A stretch of 64,000 bases of DNA from an uncultured Actinomycetes bacterium (GCA_963835455.1 CAWIFT010000003.1:686061-750060), one strand, 5' to 3'; counted from the stretch's first letter, positions 1-9,761 are shown. Notes: generated from the sequence alone by a model not told the origin. Numbers and translations: made by a program.

Positions 1-2
1 AA

Positions 3-245
3 CCGAACGGCCTCGAGGAGTTCTTCGCCGCGAACGGGTGGTTCGGCGGAGGTATCGGCCCGGTCAGCTCGGTTGCGTACGCAGGAGACGAAGGCGAGCT
101 CTACGACGTCGAAGCCGATCCGCACCAGTGGGAGAACCGCTGGGACGATCCCGCGTGCAAGGCGCGGCGCGAAGACCTGGTCGCCGATCTCTACGACAGC
201 CTGCCGAAGGAACGCAAGGTGCTGAAGGTCGAACGTCCCGCCTGA
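3..245 (+). CDS. 3' end of a sulfatase-family gene (partial, enters from window edge)
   Basis: Frame is open from the window edge to TGA 243-245. The translation ...GELYDVEADPHQWENRWDDPACKARREDLVADLYDSLPKERKVL resembles the C-terminal LYDLxxDPxExxN signature of arylsulfatase-type enzymes. Confidence 0.55.
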   Translation, partial: PNGLEEFFAANGWFGGGIGPVSSVAYAGDEGELYDVEADPHQWENRWDDPACKARREDLVADLYDSLPKERKVLKVERPA

Positions 246-308
246 GTCGCGCCTGTTCGCCGATGGTGGTCCCCGGGTTGCCGGAACCCGAGGACCACGT
301 GGTTCGGC

Positions 309-944
309 TCAGGCCAGCCGGCGGTACAGCGTCGATTGGGTGATCGTGGCGTCTTCCACGAAGCAGCCCTTGGTGGAATCGATCAGCTTGACCCACGACG
401 CGTCGGCGGCCAGCTTGTTCTGGGCGGTTTCCAACGCGGCGATGTTCTCGTATCCGGTGAGGAAGCCGACACTCCCGTAAGGACCGGTCAACGAACTGCC
501 GAACATCGTCGACAGCCCCGTGATCTTCTCCGACTTCTGCGCGATCTCGACTCCGGCGGCCATGGCGCGTGCGAAGTTGCCGCTCGCGATCACGCCGACG
601 ACGCCGCCGACGTACTGGATGTCTTGCGTCGGATCGGGTTCGCCGTAGATCGGCTGGATGATCGAGTCGTCGAGCCCACCCTCGGTGAACTTCGCGCCTG
701 CATCCGTCAGGTCCAGGTAGCCCGGATCGGCCTGCAACTTGTCCCCCACGGATTCGAGCGACGCCAGATCCGCGAACCAACCGGTCCACGAAACGGTGCC
801 GAACCCCGGCGAGTACACCGTGCCCCACAACTGGATCTCTTGACCCGTGATCTGCTGGACCTTGGCGCAGATGGAAGTGGCCCATTCGAGACCGGCCATT
901 CCGTTGCCACCGACGAGACGCGTACGGCGTGAGAACAAGTACAT
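309..944 (-). CDS. conserved hypothetical protein, two similar ~100-aa halves
   Basis: ATG at 944 is preceded by GGAGG. Amino-acid composition is balanced (not Arg/Pro shadow-like). ORF-track entry 309..974 trimmed to MYLFSRRTRLVGG. Confidence 0.6.
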   Translation of the reverse strand: MYLFSRRTRLVGGNGMAGLEWATSICAKVQQITGQEIQLWGTVYSPGFGTVSWTGWFADLASLESVGDKLQADPGYLDLTDAGAKFTEGGLDDSIIQPIYGEPDPTQDIQYVGGVVGVIASGNFARAMAAGVEIAQKSEKITGLSTMFGSSLTGPYGSVGFLTGYENIAALETAQNKLAADASWVKLIDSTKGCFVEDATITQSTLYRRLA

Positions 945-1039
945 GTTTGCCTCCTTCAGGAGCGTGCCGAGCAAAATGCTCGAGCGCCTGCAACCTTCCA
1001 GGAGGGGGTTTCAATCGGCTGTCGGCGTACATTGCCGAG

Positions 1040-1657
1040 ATGGCGACGGAAGAGGCAAGAGTTACGGCGGCCTCCGGCCTGCGAACGCTCATCCACACGT
1101 TCGCGGCGCGCGATCCGCAAGACGATGTGCTCGCAGCGATCGCGGAAGCGACGACGGGTCTCGCTCGTCGGGTCGAGGAAGCGCCCGTACGCGATCGGCT
1201 CGCGCTCATGGCGAATCGCCCGGACGGATCGGTCCTGGGCGGCCGAGGGTTCGAGGACCGCGCCGTCGGCGGCTCGGCGAACCCCACGGGCATCGAGCTC
1301 GTGGTGCGCTTCGACGACGACGAGGTGGTCGCCGACGTCGTGCTGCGGCGCGCGTTCGAGGGTGCGCCGGGTCGTGCCCACGGCGGCATCGTCGCGGCCG
1401 CGTTCGACGACGTGACCGGATTCGTGATCGGCAGCATCCAGGAACCCGCATTCACCGGTGAGCTCACGGTGCGCTACCTCGCACCCGTACCCGTCGACGA
1501 GAAGCTGGAGATGCGGGCCCGACTCGACGGACGCGAACGGCGCAAGCTCTTCATCAGCGCCGAGGCGCGCGCCGGCGACATCGTGGTCGCGACCTGCCAC
1601 GCGATCTACATCACCGTCGATCCGGCCCGCTTTGCCGGAGCGCCCGATCCGCGCTGA
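1040..1657 (+). CDS. PaaI/hotdog-fold thioesterase family protein
   Basis: Translation has ...RAHGGIVAAAFDDVTGFVIG... and a C-terminal beta-rich hotdog pattern. Start taken at MATEEA within ORF 929..1657. Confidence 0.6.
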   Translation: MATEEARVTAASGLRTLIHTFAARDPQDDVLAAIAEATTGLARRVEEAPVRDRLALMANRPDGSVLGGRGFEDRAVGGSANPTGIELVVRFDDDEVVADVVLRRAFEGAPGRAHGGIVAAAFDDVTGFVIGSIQEPAFTGELTVRYLAPVPVDEKLEMRARLDGRERRKLFISAEARAGDIVVATCHAIYITVDPARFAGAPDPR

Positions 1658-1697
1658 GCCCGTCGCTCGGCCCGGCCGGCGTGGAAGACTCCCGCGT

Positions 1698-2138
1698 ATG
1701 GGGATCACGTATCGATGCGATCCGGAGTTGCATTGCACGTTCGAGGTCTGGGACAGCCACGTGACTCCCGAGCAATGGCGCGCGCACTTCGATGCCGTGC
1801 TGGCGGACCCGGCTTTTCCGCCCGGCCGAAAGATCCTCGTGGACCTGCGCACCGCGGCGGGCGCGACAAGAATCACGGCTGCGGTCGTGACCGAGATCGG
1901 CCGCGCCATGAACGACGCGCAATACGTGCTCCACGACATGCGGCTCGCGATCGTGCCGAACGGGGCGTGGGACAAGGCCCAGCTGTTGATCGACGAGGAG
2001 ATCTCGATTTCGGGCCTCGTCGGTATCACGTTCAGCGGTCTCGATCAGGCGTGCGCGTGGCTCGGTTTGCCGGTCGGGCAGGTGAGCCCGGTCCTGCGGG
2101 AGATGAGAGAAGAGCTGACCCACGCTGACCGTGGATGA
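1698..2138 (+). CDS. hypothetical protein (possibly STAS/SpoIIAA-like fold)
   Basis: Starts MGITYRCDPELHCTFEVWD, ATG at 1698. Coding-like composition. No motif I can name with certainty. Confidence 0.45.
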   Translation: MGITYRCDPELHCTFEVWDSHVTPEQWRAHFDAVLADPAFPPGRKILVDLRTAAGATRITAAVVTEIGRAMNDAQYVLHDMRLAIVPNGAWDKAQLLIDEEISISGLVGITFSGLDQACAWLGLPVGQVSPVLREMREELTHADRG

Positions 2139-2183
2139 AGATGTCGGTGCCGGCGCGGGCCGGGCCGACGAGGAGGTAGCAAC

Positions 2184-2576
2184 ATGTCGGAGATGCAGGC
2201 TGACGACGAAACGCCGGCGCAGAACATCCCTCAGGTCAACGCACCGAGCAACAACCGGATGATCATCGCGTTTCCGTTCTCCGCGGTGCGGATCTCCAAC
2301 TCGGACGAGACGGTCGCGCGGTTGGCCGGACTCCTCGCGGAGTTGGCCGAGTACATCGCCGCCGGCGCGGCAGATCCCGAAGGCCGGCGTCTGGCGGAGC
2401 GAGCGCGTGAACTCGCCGGCGAGGTCGCGCGGGGCGCGGACTCCTCGCGCTCAGCGCGCGTCGTCGTCGGCTCCGCTTCCGTCCCCGCTCAGCGCACGCG
2501 CGTCGGGACCTGTTCTTCCAGTTCGGCGATCCGGACGTTGCCCGGGCCTTGGGCCTTGGCGGTGTACATCGCGTGA
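2184..2576 (+). CDS. hypothetical protein
   Basis: Strong SD GAGGAGG lies 7 nt upstream of ATG 2184. The 3' end overlaps the convergent GGDEF gene by ~88 nt, so the true stop is uncertain. Confidence 0.45.
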   Translation: MSEMQADDETPAQNIPQVNAPSNNRMIIAFPFSAVRISNSDETVARLAGLLAELAEYIAAGAADPEGRRLAERARELAGEVARGADSSRSARVVVGSASVPAQRTRVGTCSSSSAIRTLPGPWALAVYIA

Positions 2577-3964
2577 TCAGCGCGCCGGAGGATCTGTTCC
2601 GCCGACTCGTCGGGGCCACCGGTGGCGATCCCGACACTCGCACTGAGCGGGAACATGGTGAGGATCGATCCCACCTGGACGATCCCGTCGATGATGCGCT
2701 TGGCGACGACCTGCGCGGCATGGAGGTCGCTGCCCTGCATGATCGCGAGGAACTCGTCGCCGCCGAGCCGTCCGACGGTCACGCCGCTGCGAACCACCGA
2801 TGCGATGCGCGACCCCACGTCCCGCAGCACGCGGTCGCCCTGTTCGTGACCGAGCGAGTCGTTCACTTCCTTGAAGCCGTCGAGGTCGATGAACAGCACC
2901 GTGACGTCGACGCGCTCGCGCTGGCCGAGTTGTTCGGTGAGCGCGGCACGGTTGGGGAGACCGGTCAGCTCGTCGACGTTCGCCCGGTGCTGGAGTTGCG
3001 CCTCGAGGGCGCGCTGTTCGGTGACGTCGCGGAGGTTCAACACGAGTGAGCCGTCGTGGCGCAGCGTGAGGCGGGCGTAGACCTGACGCTGACCGCGCAG
3101 CTCGTTCGTGAGGCGCCACTCGCAGCTGACGTAGTCGGAGAGCGTCAGCGTCTCGTGCGCCCGCGCGATGTCGGCGGCGGCGTCGCGCCCGAGGACATCG
3201 CGGATGTGGCGCCCCGAGCACTGGGCCGCGGAACACCCGACCATGGATTCGATCCCCGGGCTGACGTACTCGATCTCCAGGTCGGAGCTGACGAGCGCGA
3301 TGACGTCGGCCGCGTGCTGCACGAGATCGCGGAAGTAGGAGCGACCCTCCTCGACGCGGAGCGTGGCTTGCTCGGCGGCCTGAGTCGACGAGCCGAGCGT
3401 GCGCACGATCAGCGCGAGCAGGATCGTCGTCGTTCCCGCGACGGCATGCGAAGTGGACGGTCGCATGATCGACGGTGCGATCCCGAGCTCGATCAGGATC
3501 TCGCCGCCGAACACTGCGACCGCGCTCCACGCGAGACCGGGGCGCCAGGCCTTCGATCCGTGGACGCGCATCGCGTCGGCGATCGCGATCGCGTACGCGA
3601 TCACGAGCAGTGAACCCCAGCCGCTCGCATACACGACCCATGCCGTGCTGATCGCCGCGACTGCGGCCCGCAGTTGCAGACCCCACATGGGCCGGAGCCG
3701 GCCTTCGATCGCGATGACGATCGCATTGGAGATGCTGCAGGCGACGAGCAACGCGCAGAGGAGCCAGAGCGGCGTGTCCGAGATGAGGTGTGCTCGCTGG
3801 AGCCAGGGGATCGCGACGATCGCCGCGGGTCCGGCCGCGAAGATGAGAAGGGATGCCCCGACGATCTTCCAGGCGCGGATCCTTCTCACAGAATCTGTAT
3901 CGGGACGCCTCGCGGTCAACCTGACGGCCGCGTGAAGAGGGCGCTCGAGTGTTACGGATTCCAC
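2489..3964 (-). CDS. membrane sensor diguanylate cyclase (multi-TM N-terminus, PAS, GGDEF)
   Basis: C-terminal motifs DELTGLPNR, FIDLDGFKEVND and RLGGDEFLAIM, with hydrophobic helices in the N-terminal half. Start is either GTG 3964 (overlapping the upstream stop by 13 nt) or GTG 3889. Confidence 0.85.
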   Translation of the reverse strand: MESVTLERPLHAAVRLTARRPDTDSVRRIRAWKIVGASLLIFAAGPAAIVAIPWLQRAHLISDTPLWLLCALLVACSISNAIVIAIEGRLRPMWGLQLRAAVAAISTAWVVYASGWGSLLVIAYAIAIADAMRVHGSKAWRPGLAWSAVAVFGGEILIELGIAPSIMRPSTSHAVAGTTTILLALIVRTLGSSTQAAEQATLRVEEGRSYFRDLVQHAADVIALVSSDLEIEYVSPGIESMVGCSAAQCSGRHIRDVLGRDAAADIARAHETLTLSDYVSCEWRLTNELRGQRQVYARLTLRHDGSLVLNLRDVTEQRALEAQLQHRANVDELTGLPNRAALTEQLGQRERVDVTVLFIDLDGFKEVNDSLGHEQGDRVLRDVGSRIASVVRSGVTVGRLGGDEFLAIMQGSDLHAAQVVAKRIIDGIVQVGSILTMFPLSASVGIATGGPDESAEQILRRADHAMYTAKAQGPGNVRIAELEEQVPTRVR

Positions 3965-6492
3965 ACCGCAGAATCTGCAATTGGCGCAGATGTCTGCGAA
4001 AGGATCCGGGAGATCTCGTCCGCGCCGACCGGGCGGCTGAGGAGGAATCCGCAGGCCGCGTCGCACCGGAGTCGCCGGAGCTCCTCGAGCTGTCGGGGGG
4101 TCTCGACGCCCTCCGCGCTGACCGCCATGCCCAGTGTGTGGGCCAAACCGATGACCGCTTCGATGATCGCCGTCGACTCGGCGCTCGTGCCCAGGCCGGC
4201 GACGAAGGTGCGGTCGACCTTCAGGATGTCGACCCGAAATCGGAGCAAGTAGAGCAGCGAGGAGTAGCCGGTCCCGAAGTCGTCGATGGCGACGCGGACC
4301 CCCAACGCCTCGATGTCCCGCAGCTCCGTGCCCGGGGTCTCGGCCTCGTCGATCAGCGTGCTCTCGGTCAGTTCGAGGCCGAGGGCGGTCGGTTCCAGGC
4401 CGTAGCGCTGCAGCGACGCCTCGACGACCGCGGGAAAGTGCGGCCGCGCGAGCTGGCGGCCGGAGACGTTCACCCATGCGGTGCGAAATGCTCCGGTCCG
4501 GTCGAGGCTCTGCCAGGCGCCGAGCTGCGCGCACACCGCGTCGAGAACCCATTCGCCGATCGGCACGATGAGCTCGGTGCTCTCGGCGATCGGGATGAAC
4601 TCGTTGGGCGGGATCAGGCCGCGCTCCGGATGCCGCCAGCGGATGAGCGCCTCGACCCCCGTGATCCGGTTGGTGACGAGGTCGTACACCGGTTGGTACT
4701 CGAGGAACAGCTCGTCGTGATCGATCGCGTGCCGGAGCGCCTGCTCGGTCTCGATGCGGCGCACGGTTCGGGTCCAGACCTCCTGGTCGAACATCGAGAC
4801 GCGGTCGCCACCCTTGGACTTGGCGTCGTACATGGCTGCGTCCGCTTCGTGCAGCATCGCCTCCGCGTCCACGTCGACTGATCCGGGTGCGATCGTCAAT
4901 CCGATGCTCGCGGTCACGATGAGCTCGCGACCCTGGATGTGGAACGGTCGGCGAAGGTCGGACACGATCGTGCGCGCGATGTCGACCGCCACGTCGTCGT
5001 CGGAAACGTCGTGCAACACTACGACGAACTCGTCGCCGCCGAGCCGGGCGACGGTATCGACCGCACGCCGTCCGAGGCCCAACCGCCGCGCGACCTCGAC
5101 GAGGAGGTCGTCGCCCGCGGAGTGCCCGAGTGAGTCGTTCACCGACTTGAAGCGATCGAGGTCGATGAAGAGAACGGCGGTACTCAAGCCGTGCCGGCGC
5201 GCGCTGGCGAACGTCTGACTGAGCCGGTCGATGACCAGCGCGCGGTTCGGCAATCCGGTGAGCGGGTCGTGCAGCGCCCGGTATTCGAGCGCCTGCTCGG
5301 CCGTGCGCCGATCGTTGATGTCACGCACGTGCGACACGACCCCTTGCACCGCGGGCTCGTGCAGCAGGTTCGTCGTCAGTATCTCGAACCAGCGCCAGCG
5401 GCCGTCGGCGTGCCGGGCGCGAATCTCGATCTGGTGCTCACGGGACGGATCGCTCATGACCGTTTCGAAGTGCGCGGCGCACATCGGGCGGTCCTCGGGG
5501 TGCACGAGGTTGAGGAGCCCGCGACCGACGAGATCGCCCGGTCGGTAGCCGAGGACGTGTTCGATCGCGGGGCTCAGGTACGAAGGGCGCGCGTTCCCGT
5601 CGACGACGACGATCACGTCGGAGGAGTGGCGCACGAGCGCGCGGAACCGTTCCGATGTTCGCCGGACCGCTTCGAGTGCTGTTTCCGCGTCGGTCATGTC
5701 GCGCGAGTTCGACACGACACCCTGGACCGAAGGCACGTCGAACATGTTCGTCAGGACGTGCTCGAACCAGCGCCACGAACCGTCGGCGTGACGTTGCCGG
5801 CACCGCACCCGCGCCCACATCCCGGGCGTCGCGCGCACCATCTTCAGGGTCGCGCGGAGCTCGTGAACGTCGTCGGGATGCACGAGCTCGCCGCCGCGGC
5901 CGTCACGCCACAACGAGAGCGGGTGCCCGAGGATCCGTTCGTGCGACGGCGAGAGGTACGTCATCTTCCCCTCGCGGTCGATGATCGCGAGGAGATCGAA
6001 GCCACTCTGCACCAGCCAGCGGAAGCGTTCTTCGCTTTCGCGCAGCGCGAGTTCGGCGTGCTTGCGATCGGTGATGTCGCGGAAGTGCCCGACCAGGCCG
6101 CGCACGCTCGGATCCGAGAGCAGGTTGAGCGCGACCACCTCGGTCCAGGCCCAGCCACCGCCGGCCCGGCTGATGCGCACCTGCGTGATGCTGGGTTCGT
6201 CGGGCCGATCGACCAGGCGGCTCAGGTGCTCGCCGAAGCTCGGGAGATCCTCGGGGTGGATGAGATGCAACCCGTCGGTGCCGACGAGATCGGACGAGTT
6301 CCATCCGGTGATGGCTTCGATCGCGCCGGTCGCGAACGTGATCGTGCCCGCGTCGTCCGCGACGATGATGATGTCGCGCGAGCGGCTGACCACCGAGAAC
6401 AAGAAGTCGTACAGCGAACGAAACGCGTCCGGATGTCCGATTTCCGGGGTTCGCGGGGCGCGGGCGGTTGGTGCCCGACTCGGGGTGGTCAC
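3952..6492 (-). CDS. PAS x3 - GGDEF - EAL signalling protein (c-di-GMP turnover)
   Basis: Three PAS-like segments are followed by DPLTGLPNR, RLGGDEFVVVL, ELFLEYQPVYDL and GVEALIRW. Intact 846-aa ORF. Confidence 0.9.
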   Translation of the reverse strand: MTTPSRAPTARAPRTPEIGHPDAFRSLYDFLFSVVSRSRDIIIVADDAGTITFATGAIEAITGWNSSDLVGTDGLHLIHPEDLPSFGEHLSRLVDRPDEPSITQVRISRAGGGWAWTEVVALNLLSDPSVRGLVGHFRDITDRKHAELALRESEERFRWLVQSGFDLLAIIDREGKMTYLSPSHERILGHPLSLWRDGRGGELVHPDDVHELRATLKMVRATPGMWARVRCRQRHADGSWRWFEHVLTNMFDVPSVQGVVSNSRDMTDAETALEAVRRTSERFRALVRHSSDVIVVVDGNARPSYLSPAIEHVLGYRPGDLVGRGLLNLVHPEDRPMCAAHFETVMSDPSREHQIEIRARHADGRWRWFEILTTNLLHEPAVQGVVSHVRDINDRRTAEQALEYRALHDPLTGLPNRALVIDRLSQTFASARRHGLSTAVLFIDLDRFKSVNDSLGHSAGDDLLVEVARRLGLGRRAVDTVARLGGDEFVVVLHDVSDDDVAVDIARTIVSDLRRPFHIQGRELIVTASIGLTIAPGSVDVDAEAMLHEADAAMYDAKSKGGDRVSMFDQEVWTRTVRRIETEQALRHAIDHDELFLEYQPVYDLVTNRITGVEALIRWRHPERGLIPPNEFIPIAESTELIVPIGEWVLDAVCAQLGAWQSLDRTGAFRTAWVNVSGRQLARPHFPAVVEASLQRYGLEPTALGLELTESTLIDEAETPGTELRDIEALGVRVAIDDFGTGYSSLLYLLRFRVDILKVDRTFVAGLGTSAESTAIIEAVIGLAHTLGMAVSAEGVETPRQLEELRRLRCDAACGFLLSRPVGADEISRILSQTSAPIADSAVWNP

Positions 6493-6692
6493 GCCGATTC
6501 AACGGCCCGACGGCACCGCGGCCTGAGGGCGATCTGCGCCACCGGTCCAAGCGTCACGAATCGCCGGTGGTCGGGAAGAAACCTCTTGCCACGGAGAGTG
6601 GCAATGGTGTTCACTATCCGAAGGGGGAAGCGGGGTTGGTAGGCAATCCTCGGCGCGTGAACACGGGTGGACACCGCGCCGGGGATCGCCTC

Positions 6693-6735
6693 TCCTATGG
6701 GTCGCTGCGCGCTGCGCCTCCCCGCCCGGGTTCTA
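6693..6735. repeat. solo/partial copy of the dispersed GGGTCGCT...CCTCCC repeat family
   Basis: CCTATGGGTCGCTGCGCGCTGCGCCTCCCCGCC closely matches the unit of the arrays at 15711-15895 and, in reverse complement, 44895-45146. Confidence 0.6.
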
Positions 6736-7553
6736 GGCCTGGGGAGTGTGCCTTCTCAGGTTGGCGGTCTGGGTGGCGATTGCGCAGAGGTTGCCGGCTT
6801 CGTCCCACAGGCGTGCCGGCCCGGTCGCGTAACCGTCGCCGATGTGCCAAGCCTCGATCTCCTGCAGCACCCACGACGTGACCGGCGCGCGCACGAAACG
6901 GATGCCGATCTCGAGCGACAGCACCATGAACATGCCGTTCTCGTCGTGCGGACCGAGGGCGCGACCCACCGCCGGACCGAGCACGTCGCCGTGCACGGCC
7001 AGGCTGAGCAGGTGCGGGGCGGACTCGCGCAGGCGCACCCACGACAAGAAGTGACCCTTCCCGGGATCGTCGAGCGGGCTGACGGGCCGCCATTCGGTCT
7101 GCTCGTGGAAGTTGATCCGGCCGAACGGGTTGGGCCGCTCGGGCGCCATCTCGATGTCGGCCGGGCCCGGCACCTCGGGGAACCGCACTTCTTGATGGGT
7201 GTGCTCGGTGTCGTGCGCGGCGCCGAACACGCCGTGGACGCGCAGCGCGGGCGCGTCGACGTCCGGGACACGCAGGTCGGCCGCGACCTGTGACGCCCGC
7301 CGGCCGTCGCGCAGCACGTCGACGTCGATCGTGATCGGGCCCGGGGGAACGGGCGCGAGAAGATCGCGTTCGCGGTCACGAGCGAGAGATCGTCGCGGCC
7401 GAGCCGTTGTTCCATGGCTCGCAGCGCCGCGTACATCGAAACGCCGCCGAAGATGTAGACGACCGACCACGCGTCGGGAATGTGGGCGTGGAACCGGCCG
7501 GGCCGCTCGGGGTCGGCGTGCAACGTCGTGTCGTCGCGGATGTCGCGAGGCAT
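6733..7553 (-). pseudogene. thioesterase-like superfamily protein (TesB/4HBT_3-like), one frame break
   Basis: The N-terminal part MPRDIRDDTTLHADPERPGRFHAHIPDAWSVVYIFGG...LVTANAIF is in the frame of ORF 6756..7553. The continuation PVPPGPITIDVDVLRDGRRASQ... is in the frame of ORF 6733..7470. The break lies near 7352-7365. Confidence 0.7.
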
Positions 7554-7577
7554 CAGGTGAGCCTACGCTCTCGCCTC

Positions 7578-8120
7578 ATGGAACCTCGCTTGGAGCCTCT
7601 CCCGCGCGACCAATGGGACGACGAGACGCGCGCCCTGCTCGGAGAGAACACGCTGAACGTGTTCGCGACCTTCGCTCACCACCCGAAGCTCATGAAACGG
7701 TGGCTCGTCTTCGGCAACCACGTGCTCATGAAGAGCACATTGGCGGCCCGGGATCGTGAGCTCCTCATCCTGCGCACCGGATGGAATTGCCGGGCACCGT
7801 ACGAATGGGCCCAACACGTCGTGATCGCCCGCACTCTCGGCATCACCGACGACGAGATCGCGCGCGTTGCCGAAGGTCCGGATGCCGACGGATGGTCGGC
7901 GGACGACGCGCTGCTGTTGCGCGCCGCCGACGAGTTGCACGACGACCAGACGCTGACCGACGCCACCTACGCGGCGCTCGAAGCGCGCTTCGACGTGCAG
8001 CCGCTGCTCGATCTCGTGTTCACCGTCGGCCAGTACCACCTGGTGTCGATGGCACTGAACGCGTTCCGCGCCGCGCGCGACGACGACGTCACCGGCGTCC
8101 CTATTCCAGTTCGCGAGTAA
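7578..8120 (+). CDS. carboxymuconolactone decarboxylase (AhpD-like) family protein
   Basis: Starts MEPRLEPLPRDQWDDETRALLG and contains ...RELLILRTGWNCRAPYEWAQHVVIA..., typical of the CMD family. Confidence 0.7.
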   Translation: MEPRLEPLPRDQWDDETRALLGENTLNVFATFAHHPKLMKRWLVFGNHVLMKSTLAARDRELLILRTGWNCRAPYEWAQHVVIARTLGITDDEIARVAEGPDADGWSADDALLLRAADELHDDQTLTDATYAALEARFDVQPLLDLVFTVGQYHLVSMALNAFRAARDDDVTGVPIPVRE

Positions 8121-8970
8121 GCGCGCCCGCGCCCTCGACCTCGGCGCCGATCGCGCGGACGCGCTGCGACAGGTCGCGATCGGAGGTGACGACGGTGAGC
8201 GACGCGGGATCGTCGTCGGCGCTCACCTCCTCGACGATGCGGTCGTCGCCTGCGTCGCGCCCCGCCCGGCGCGCGTACGCGACGTGCACGCCGTCATGGA
8301 GGCCCTCGGCGAGATCGGCCACCGGTCGACCGTCGAACACGACCGTCACTTCGTCACCCGTGCGCGCCGCGAGTGTTTGCAACGCGGTGACCAGCCGGCG
8401 GGTCGCGCCCGCGCGATCGCGCCACCACCCGTCGGGCTTGCTGCCGACCACGTTGTTCCCGTCGACGAGCAGGCGCCGGCGGACTTCGGGCACGACGAGG
8501 TGGTGTTCGCCGGAGCGGGCCCGCGTCGAGGACACGTGCGCGTGTTCGGGGTCGATCTCGAGCACCTCGGCCCCGACGACGTCGAACCCGGGCCGGGGTG
8601 CGACGAGGACGCGCGGGAGCGCGGCGAGGGCGCGGTCGCGTTGGTGCTCATCGCCGTCGTACCAGGCCGGATCGCGCACCTGTGCCCACTTGTCGGCGCC
8701 CATGACGACCACGTCGTATCCGGTCGCGATCTCGGCGATCAGTTGCGCATCGGTGATCGCGACGCCGAGCCAGGGTCGCGTCCGGGCCGCGCGCCGGATG
8801 GCCGCGGCGCGCGCCGCGACACTCGAATGCGCGCGGTCCTCCTTGCCGAGCGCGACGCGCGACAACGCGAGATCGACGCGGTCGAGATGCGCGGTCTGCT
8901 GCGCGGCCTCCGCGATCGCAAGGTGCGCAACGGTCAGCGGGTCGAAGGAGCCGGGGTAGACGCCGATCAT
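8101..8970 (-). CDS. fusion of a cytidylyltransferase-fold NadD/CoaD-like domain with a YacP/Rae1-like NYN domain
   Basis: N-terminus has YPGSFDPLTVAHL (HxGH-type motif) and VSSTRARSG (ISSTxxR-type motif). C-terminus has LLVDGNNVVGSKPDGWWRDRAG...VTVVFDG...VVTSDRDL. Its ATG 8970 overlaps the upstream TGA (ATGA). Confidence 0.7.
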   Translation of the reverse strand: MIGVYPGSFDPLTVAHLAIAEAAQQTAHLDRVDLALSRVALGKEDRAHSSVAARAAAIRRAARTRPWLGVAITDAQLIAEIATGYDVVVMGADKWAQVRDPAWYDGDEHQRDRALAALPRVLVAPRPGFDVVGAEVLEIDPEHAHVSSTRARSGEHHLVVPEVRRRLLVDGNNVVGSKPDGWWRDRAGATRRLVTALQTLAARTGDEVTVVFDGRPVADLAEGLHDGVHVAYARRAGRDAGDDRIVEEVSADDDPASLTVVTSDRDLSQRVRAIGAEVEGAGALTRELE

Positions 8971-9761
8971 GGACGGAGGATCGGTGGGTGCAGCCGGGTC
9001 GCCCGCCCGCGCCGGTAGAGCGCGGCCGGCCGGCCGTCGGTCGGCGCGGTACCTCCCGTCGCCTCGACGAATCCCGGCGTCGACAGCACCTTGCGCCGGA
9101 AGTTCCCTTCGTGGAGCGCCTCGCCCCACACCGCTTCGTAGACGCGACGCAGCTCGCCGAGTGTGAACGGCTCGTCGAGGAATGCGGTGGCGAGCGTCGT
9201 GTACTCGAGCTTGGCGCGTGACCGTTCGATCCCGTCGCTGATGATCTGCGCGTGGTCGAACGCGAGTGGGACGCCGTCGTCGCTGCCGACACCGGCGATC
9301 GCGAGATCGTCGATCGCCCAGAGGCGCGCGTCGGCTGCGTCGGAACCCGCGACCGCGGGTTCGTTGTGGGTCGTGAAGCCGACGTACGCGACCGAGATGA
9401 CGCGCATCCGCGGGTCGCGACCGGGGGCACCGTAGGAGCGAAGCTGCTCGAGGTGCCCGAGCGCCACCGACTCGCCGAAGCCGGAGACCAAAACGCCGGT
9501 CTCCTCCTCGAGCTCGCGGCGCGCGGCACCGTCGAGGTCGTCGTCGGGCTCGACGAAGCCCCCCGGGAGCGCCCAGCTCCCGCGGAACGGATGGCCCCGG
9601 CGCTCCACCAGGAGCACCGAGAGCCGACCGGATCGGACCGTGAGCAGCACCACGTCCACCGTCACCGCGGCGGGTGGGTACCGCCCCGGGTCATAGTCCC
9701 GCAGGAACACGGCTTCCTCCGTCACAAGGGGTCTTCTACTCGCTCTGAGAATTACGAACAA
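8967..9761 (-). CDS. Nudix hydrolase with C-terminal NrtR-type winged-helix domain
   Basis: Nudix box GGFVEPDDDLDGAARRELEEETGV. C-terminal FTLGELRRVYEAVWGEALHEGNFRRKVL...GRPAALYRRG resembles the NrtR DNA-binding domain. The start may be an internal GTG. Confidence 0.75.
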   Translation of the reverse strand: MFVILRASRRPLVTEEAVFLRDYDPGRYPPAAVTVDVVLLTVRSGRLSVLLVERRGHPFRGSWALPGGFVEPDDDLDGAARRELEEETGVLVSGFGESVALGHLEQLRSYGAPGRDPRMRVISVAYVGFTTHNEPAVAGSDAADARLWAIDDLAIAGVGSDDGVPLAFDHAQIISDGIERSRAKLEYTTLATAFLDEPFTLGELRRVYEAVWGEALHEGNFRRKVLSTPGFVEATGGTAPTDGRPAALYRRGRATRLHPPILRP

